NCBI GenBank assembly: GCA_041744135.1
Contig: JBGTLM010000107.1
Coordinates: 4,488 to 68,487 of the forward strand
Direction of reading: 5' to 3'
DNA from: Pyrinomonadaceae bacterium
GTDB taxonomy: Bacteria; Acidobacteriota; Blastocatellia; Pyrinomonadales; Pyrinomonadaceae
Length of the DNA: 64,000 nt
The position numbers were made by a program, and so were the translations under genes. How positions within the stretch are numbered: the first letter of the stretch is position 1; each line of letters opens with the position of its first letter. Positions 58,522 to 64,000 of the stretch are shown piece by piece. The notes beneath the pieces were generated by a model. It was given only the letters and a program-made list of their open reading frames with translations, was not told where the DNA came from and did no database searches.

Positions 58522-60459
58522 ATGCCGAAACGGTTTACTGTTGTCCTCGCCATCGTCCTCTACTCTCTTGCGGCTTGGCCCGCCAGTCATCCAGCGCATG
58601 CAAAAGACACATGGGTGAGCGTGCGCTCGAGCAACTTCTTTCTGGTCGGTAATGCGGGTGAGAAAGAAGTACGTAAAGTAGCCACGCGACTCGAGCAGTT
58701 TCGCGAAGTCTTCTCACGTCTCTTTCCGCGGATGAAGTTTACTTCGCCGATCCCGACTACCGTCGTTGTGTTCAAGAGCGACAGCTCTTACCAGCCCTTC
58801 AAGCCTGTGGCTGACGGCAAGACGGTTGCGGTGGCCGGCTATTTTCAACCGGGGCGTGAAGTAAACTACATCACGCTGACGACGGAAAAGCGCGAGGAGT
58901 ACCCGTACGCAGTCATATTTCACGAGTATGTTCATTTGCTTGTCAACAACTCGCTGGGCCGGACCAGCATTCCGATCTGGTTCAACGAGGGCCTAGCTGA
59001 GTATTACAGCACTTTCGATATCGAGGACGATCAAAAGATTCGCCTTGGCAGTCTAATTAATCCTCACCTTCAATTATTACGAACGAGCCAACTGGTCCCT
59101 CTCCACAAGCTGTTTGCCGTTGACTACCACACGCTGGAACGTAACAAGCACGATGCGCGCGGACTCTTCTATGCACAGTCGTGGGTGCTGATTCATTACC
59201 TGATCCAGGGAAACGAAGGAAGGCGAGTCCGTCAACTCGGCGTATTTCTGGATCAGCTCAGGCAAAACATTCCGGCAGAAAAAGCCTTCCGCCAGGCTTT
59301 TCAAACCGACTACGCCGGAATGCAGAAGGAGTTAAGAGATTACGTTCAGCGCCACTCTTATCGCGGTCAGATCGTGACCTTCGAAAAGAAACTCGAGTTC
59401 AGCGCTGAAATGACGACTGCACCCATTACCGACGCTGAGGCCCACGCCTTCCTCGGCGATCTCCTCTTCCACATCCAGCGCCCCGAGGACGCAAAAACGA
59501 AACTGGAACAAGCGTTGGCCCTCGATCCCAAGTTGGCCATGGCCCATGCATCACTCGGGATGGTGCACATGCAGCAAAAGAAATTCTCCGAGGCAAAGGA
59601 GCACCTGCAGCAAGCCGTCGCCGAGAACTCCACCAACTACCTGGCGCACTACTACTATGCTTATGCGTTGAGTCGTGAAGTAATTACCGAAGGGCAACCG
59701 GTTCACGACTTCCCGGCGGAAACTGTTCGGAGAATGCGCGTCGAGCTCGGCAGGGCGATCGAACTTAAACCTGATTTTCCGGAATCCTATCATCTGTTGG
59801 CGTTCGTGAACCTGGTAACCGGCGAGCAATTGGATGAATCGATCGTGATGATCAAACGCGCAGTTGCTCTCTCGCCGGGGAGCGAAGAGTTTTTGTTCGT
59901 TTTGGGTCAGCTCTATATCCGCAAACAGGACTTCGAAGGAGCGCGAAGAGTGATCGAACCCTTGGCAGCTACTGGCGCGGACCCGCAGATTCGAGCCAGA
60001 GCCAGCTCGTTACTCGTACGGATCTCTTCGATACAGGAAGCCATGGCGCAATTTCGCACAGGTAGAGAAGAGCGAGCAGGGGATGTCGTCGTCGATATGC
60101 AAACAGACCAAGCCAATAATAGCGATCCAACTTCTTACTTGCGGGATGCGCTGAGAAAACCTGGAGCAGGCGAGAAGCAAAGTCAGGGGCTGCTGGTGCG
60201 GATTGACTGCGACGCGAAAGGTATCATTTTCACGCTCAAGTCGGGCTCTGGCCTTCTCAGACTAAAAGCTACCAGTTTCGAGGAAATGGATATCACGACC
60301 TTCGCGCCGGATGTCGCGGGCGAGATTACCTGCGGAGTGCGCAAGCCCGAGAACGCCGTCGTTGTTTCTTACCTGCCTGGGGGCGATGTGCGAGCCAAGA
60401 CTGAAGGAACCATTCGCTCGCTTGAGTTTGTGCCCAACGACTTCAAACTCAACCCCTGA
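58522..60459 (+). CDS. secreted HExxH metallopeptidase-like protein with central TPR repeats
   Basis: Signal peptide. AVIFHEYVHLL (HExxH) followed by WFNEGLAEYY. TPR-like repeats from about residue 300. Confidence 0.65.
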   Translation: MPKRFTVVLAIVLYSLAAWPASHPAHAKDTWVSVRSSNFFLVGNAGEKEVRKVATRLEQFREVFSRLFPRMKFTSPIPTTVVVFKSDSSYQPFKPVADGKTVAVAGYFQPGREVNYITLTTEKREEYPYAVIFHEYVHLLVNNSLGRTSIPIWFNEGLAEYYSTFDIEDDQKIRLGSLINPHLQLLRTSQLVPLHKLFAVDYHTLERNKHDARGLFYAQSWVLIHYLIQGNEGRRVRQLGVFLDQLRQNIPAEKAFRQAFQTDYAGMQKELRDYVQRHSYRGQIVTFEKKLEFSAEMTTAPITDAEAHAFLGDLLFHIQRPEDAKTKLEQALALDPKLAMAHASLGMVHMQQKKFSEAKEHLQQAVAENSTNYLAHYYYAYALSREVITEGQPVHDFPAETVRRMRVELGRAIELKPDFPESYHLLAFVNLVTGEQLDESIVMIKRAVALSPGSEEFLFVLGQLYIRKQDFEGARRVIEPLAATGADPQIRARASSLLVRISSIQEAMAQFRTGREERAGDVVVDMQTDQANNSDPTSYLRDALRKPGAGEKQSQGLLVRIDCDAKGIIFTLKSGSGLLRLKATSFEEMDITTFAPDVAGEITCGVRKPENAVVVSYLPGGDVRAKTEGTIRSLEFVPNDFKLNP

Positions 60460-60511
60460 CCCGGATTCCCCAAGAGGACCGCTCAAGCTTCGCTAAAAGA
60501 TACATTAGGCA

Positions 60512-60814
60512 CAGATTGACGCGGATCCGGAAAAAGGATTCTTAGGGTGGCAGGTTAGGAAGGGGGTAAAGCGGAGCGCGCACCCTCAAGCTCGAACGCA
60601 ATCACCCCGATCTATGAACCCCTCAACTCCAACAACCTCTCAGTCGGGAAGGTGAACCCTGTCCCCGGCTCAAGCTTGAATTTCTCTCAGCGGAAGAGCC
60701 GGGACAGGGTCCGCCTTCCTCACCTGCAAATTAACGGAGCTGAACCGTAATTCGAAGGTTGACGTCAATATCAGAGCATTTTGCTTTTTAGCATCCGCGT
60801 GAACCGCGGCTAAT
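60512..60814. repeat. nested repeats: family-A half-sites (60512-60535, 60791-60814) bracketing a family-C element (60549-60732)
   Basis: TTGACGCGGATCCGGAAAAAGG ... GCATCCGCGTGAACCGCGGCTAAT on the outside. GGCAGGTTAGGAAGG ... GGGACAGGGTCCGCCTTCCTCACCTGCAAATT on the inside. Confidence 0.5.
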
Positions 60815-61281
60815 TTTGGCTCGTGCCCAACACACCTCATTCGTTACTGGCTACGTTGCGTTTTGGACCTGTAGTTGTTCATCAACTCCCCAACGTGGCC
60901 TCGAGTTGGCGGTCGCACCCTGCCAGAGTGTCCTCGGGCAGACTGTCCACCAGCATGTCTGGTTGGACGCCATAGTTTCCATGTTCGTGCGTTTCGGATC
61001 AGCGAGGAACACTCCCACGCCCGGGGGCGCACGGTTGAGCCGTCAATCAAAACTATGCTGCCCTTTCCTATTACGGCCCCCGCAGTTTTTGTGCCGACTA
61101 CTTTTCCCAGTCTCAGCGCGCGGAAACCAGCCGGAAACATCTCGGCGTTCGACGCCGAGCGCCAGTTTTTCGATTTTCTTTAAGAGTGGAATTACGTGCT
61201 GAACGTGGAACGGAGGGTTATCACCGGAAGCCTTCTGTGGCATGATAAGAAGCAACTGGAAGCCAAACGAGAGGAGGTTTT

Positions 61282-61752
61282 TTGATCACCTGCCGCAAAA
61301 TGACCGCACCTGATGTCTCGGACGCCTTCAATATGCTGAGTGCGTTTCTCAGCGAAGACGAACACTATCGCGCCAGCAGCCAGGCCTATGGAGATCGCGG
61401 AATCCAGGGATTAAATGACGCGCTCTACCTGTTTCTCGAGCACCCCGATCTGGGGTTCGTCTGGATGGCTTACGACCATGACGGCGCCGCTGGCATCTGC
61501 GTAGTTTGCTACGCCATCTCCACGTCGATGGGAGCACTGGTAGCAAAACTGGATGACGTATCGGTGAAAGCAGATCGTCGCGGAGAAGGCATCGGCACGG
61601 TATTGATAAAAGCGCTTAAGGAACAGCTGACAAAGGAAGCCGTAACGCGCATCGACGTGGCCGTGCATCTTGAGAACCCTGAGGCCCGCGCGTTTTATGC
61701 GCGGCTTGGATTCCATCCCCTGAATGAAGAGCGCCTGGCTTGCGTGATTTGA
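61282..61752 (+). CDS. GNAT-family N-acetyltransferase
   Basis: VKADRRGEGIGTVLIKAL (the R/Q-x-x-G-x-G/A acetyl-CoA motif) and ARAFYARLGF. TTG start 6-7 nt after GAGGAGG. Confidence 0.8.
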   Translation: MITCRKMTAPDVSDAFNMLSAFLSEDEHYRASSQAYGDRGIQGLNDALYLFLEHPDLGFVWMAYDHDGAAGICVVCYAISTSMGALVAKLDDVSVKADRRGEGIGTVLIKALKEQLTKEAVTRIDVAVHLENPEARAFYARLGFHPLNEERLACVI

Positions 61753-61760
61753 ACGGAAGA

Positions 61761-61910
61761 AGCCGCAATTTTACGCGGAATGAACGCGGATCAGAAAAAA
61801 GCCAGAAAGATCCTCAGGTAGGAGGTGGACTGCACAATCCGCACGGCATTCCGACAATATTTGTTTTGACCTGTTCTGATCCGCGTTCATCCGTGTAAAT
61901 CCGCGGCTAA
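61761..61910. repeat. family-A palindromic element (longer variant with a degenerate left end)
   Basis: AGCCGCAATTTTACGCGGAATGAACGCGGATCAGAAAAAA...TTCTGATCCGCGTTCATCCGTGTAAATCCGCGGCTAA. Confidence 0.65.
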
Positions 61911-61921
61911 TTTCTTCTTCT

Positions 61922-63310
61922 CTACCTTGGCAGGTTGGAAATCTCCTCAAAGTATTTCGCAAAAGCCACCATTCCTCCTGAAGCTTGTTGCCAGTCGAAG
62001 TTCTCGTTCGGCGCATGGTAACCGTGCTCGGGTAACGACAGACCCAGAAACATGATCGGGCACCGGAGCACTTTTTCGATACTTGTCATCGCGCCAATGG
62101 TGCCACCATCGCGAACAAACACTGCGTCCCGCTGGAACGCAAACTTCACCGCTCGCTTTAGTGCTTCCGGCAGTGGACCCTCCACCGAAGTTTGGAAAGC
62201 CGGGGCCATCGACTCGAAGTGGATCTGGACATCCGGGTTGCTTGCTTTAACAGCAGACTTAAGCAACTCGGCAATCTCCTTGGGATCCTGGCCAGGGACA
62301 AGACGGCACGAGGCCTTTACTTCTCCGCGCGGCGGCACAATCGACTTCACTCCGGGCCCCTGGTAACCGCCTGCTACTCCGTGCACTTCAAATGTTGGCA
62401 TCCCCCAAATGCGTTTCATCACTTCCAAGTCATCGTCAGACCGCATTGACTTAAGTTTATGCGCCGTCTTGAAAGCTGTCGCAGAAAAGCCTGAGTCTGC
62501 CCAATCGCGAAGTTCCTTTTGGGACGGCGGAATGACGTCGTCGTAGAAACCCTCTATTTTCACCGTGCCGGTGACTGGATCGTGAAGATCGCAGACGAGT
62601 TTCATCAGCTCGCCGAGCGGGTTTCGCGCGGCGCCGCCGACTTCCCCTGAATGCGCATCGACAGTTGCTGTTTCCAGGGTCAGCAGAAATCCCATCAAGC
62701 CCCGCAGGCCAGCCGAGTTCGCCGGCCGCTCTCTCGAAACCCAGACCGTGTCGGAGACGACCACGGATTCGGTGCGCAGATCTGAAGCTGCGTTGGAAAT
62801 AATCTTTTCGAAGTTAGGCGAACCGATCTCTTCTTCAAACTCCCAAAGGAAACGAATGTTGATTGCCACACCCGCCTCGATCGCGGCCCGGGCGCCAAAC
62901 AAAGCCGCCAGGGCGGGACCTTTGTCATCAGTCGTGCCACGACCAAAATAGCTATCGCCTTTCTTGGTCATTACGAAAGGCTCCGTTTCCCAGGGTTCAG
63001 TTACTTTTGAGGCAGGCTGAACATCGATGTGGTTGTAGACGGTGACGGTGGGTCGGTTTTTATCCTCCCCGAAGACGGCATGAACTACTGGATTACCCTT
63101 ATTGACCGTATAGACATCGACCTTGCCGCCAAAACGGCGCAACGTATCCACCGTCAGGTCAACACCTTTCCGGATGTCTTCGGCGTGGGCTGGGTCGACA
63201 GACACGGTAGGTGTTTCAACAAACTGGCGCAGTAGCTCTTCGTATTCTTCCTTATTATTCGTGGCAAACGAGAAAAGCTGATCTCGTTGCAGTTGTTTAG
63301 CCATTCTCAA
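61922..63310 (-). CDS. M20-family dipeptidase / metallo-hydrolase
   Basis: VYNHIDVQPA, GRGTTDDKGP, LWEFEEEIGS and HAPNENF fit the M20 metal-ligand blocks. Confidence 0.85.
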   Translation of the reverse strand: MRMAKQLQRDQLFSFATNNKEEYEELLRQFVETPTVSVDPAHAEDIRKGVDLTVDTLRRFGGKVDVYTVNKGNPVVHAVFGEDKNRPTVTVYNHIDVQPASKVTEPWETEPFVMTKKGDSYFGRGTTDDKGPALAALFGARAAIEAGVAINIRFLWEFEEEIGSPNFEKIISNAASDLRTESVVVSDTVWVSRERPANSAGLRGLMGFLLTLETATVDAHSGEVGGAARNPLGELMKLVCDLHDPVTGTVKIEGFYDDVIPPSQKELRDWADSGFSATAFKTAHKLKSMRSDDDLEVMKRIWGMPTFEVHGVAGGYQGPGVKSIVPPRGEVKASCRLVPGQDPKEIAELLKSAVKASNPDVQIHFESMAPAFQTSVEGPLPEALKRAVKFAFQRDAVFVRDGGTIGAMTSIEKVLRCPIMFLGLSLPEHGYHAPNENFDWQQASGGMVAFAKYFEEISNLPR

Positions 63311-63785
63311 TCCTCCCCATAGTTGAGACCATTACCTACTGAATTGTTTCTATTGTGCTTCATAGTGCACAACACCGGACTCATTTGTCACGAAAAAATG
63401 CGTCAGACCCTCTTTTCCTGCAGACGAGTCCCCGGTCATTGAGGTAGTCCCTCTGTCGGCGGACAGAGACCGGTCAGGGACCTCGGGTTCTCTTTAAAGT
63501 CCGACCCTTGGCCGGGGGCAACGTTTCTCGATGGTGGAATCACTAATCCCTGAAGCTGGACAGCTTTCGAACCAAGAAGCGCGCAATCCCTTTTTCCGAC
63601 AACATTAGCCCCGGTCGCGCGGCTGCGGCGGGACGTTGGGCGATGAACTTCCTCGTAGTGGCGGTGTATATTTCAAAGCCTTCGGTTGTTCGTGCTATTC
63701 TGGCAGCCCGTATTGGCCGACCAGACGCGGTCAGCCGGGGTGAAGATACAAAATTCGTGGAGCGAACAGAACTTAGGAGGGTCGT

Positions 63786-64000
63786 GTGAGTAGAAGATTT
63801 TATTTACCTGGCATTTTGTTTCTGGCTATTGCCCTGTCACTCCCCGTAATCATCTTTGGCCAGCAAAACCCGTCGGCTAGACGCATCAATCCGGAGCGTA
63901 CGGTACCGGGCGTTAACACTACCACAAACAAGTCAGTCGTCTCTCCTACGATAATTAGAACTGACTTGGGTGAGGCTCTTTCCGTAATTCAGGCAAATTA
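63786..64000 (+). CDS. secreted hypothetical protein; N-terminal part only, continues beyond the window
   Basis: AGGAGGG about 5 nt upstream of the GTG at 63786. VSRRFYLPGILFLAIALSLPVIIFGQQ is signal-like. Open to the window end. Confidence 0.4.
   Translation, partial: MSRRFYLPGILFLAIALSLPVIIFGQQNPSARRINPERTVPGVNTTTNKSVVSPTIIRTDLGEALSVIQAN

Noticed and set aside
63490-63520. AAAGTCCG motif, reminiscent of the RNase P RNA P4 region or the FMN riboswitch 3' end.
   Set aside because: The other universally conserved blocks of RNase P RNA or the RFN element are not present on either strand in 63311-63785.

Overview
A 64-kb chromosomal segment, roughly 55-65% GC outside one AT-rich islet, densely coded with about 55 genes on both strands. 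The intergenic regions carry many short palindromic or MITE-like repeats. The gene content (PEP-CTERM protein, Ser/Thr kinase, paired M16 peptidases, several TPR fusions) and the repeat style suggest an Acidobacteriota-type Gram-negative bacterium. That taxon call is inference only.

Secure housekeeping calls are secA, ispH, cstA, a di-haem cytochrome c peroxidase, an FdxA-type ferredoxin, an M16 peptidase pair, an M20 dipeptidase, threonine aldolase, two tandem CrtI-family oxidoreductases, a PAS-GGDEF-EAL protein, a Ski2/HelY-like helicase, a large cytoplasmic molybdopterin oxidoreductase and an MBL-rhodanese fusion.

The most interesting observation is a rhodanese-domain lipoprotein gene (41807-42289, minus strand). 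Its reading frame is interrupted only by one in-frame TGA inside the active-site loop (TYCS-TGA-PNEHTS). After that codon come a G-rich-loop hairpin starting 13 nt downstream and 42 more codons of clean rhodanese sequence. This makes it a candidate selenocysteine (Cys-x-Sec) sulfurtransferase rather than a truncated gene.

Other points worth a second look:
- a helicase encoded as two adjacent genes split exactly between its two RecA lobes;
- an AT-rich islet (about 35% GC in sampled lines) carrying a formyltransferase/beta-propeller fusion gene next to an IS630 remnant;
- a decayed REP-associated tyrosine transposase still flanked by 32-bp inverted REPs, with related REP copies elsewhere in the window;
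- a small toxin-antitoxin islet containing an amber-interrupted Uma2 gene;
- at least five interspersed repeat families, some nested inside one another.

No rRNA, tRNA or CRISPR array was recognised.
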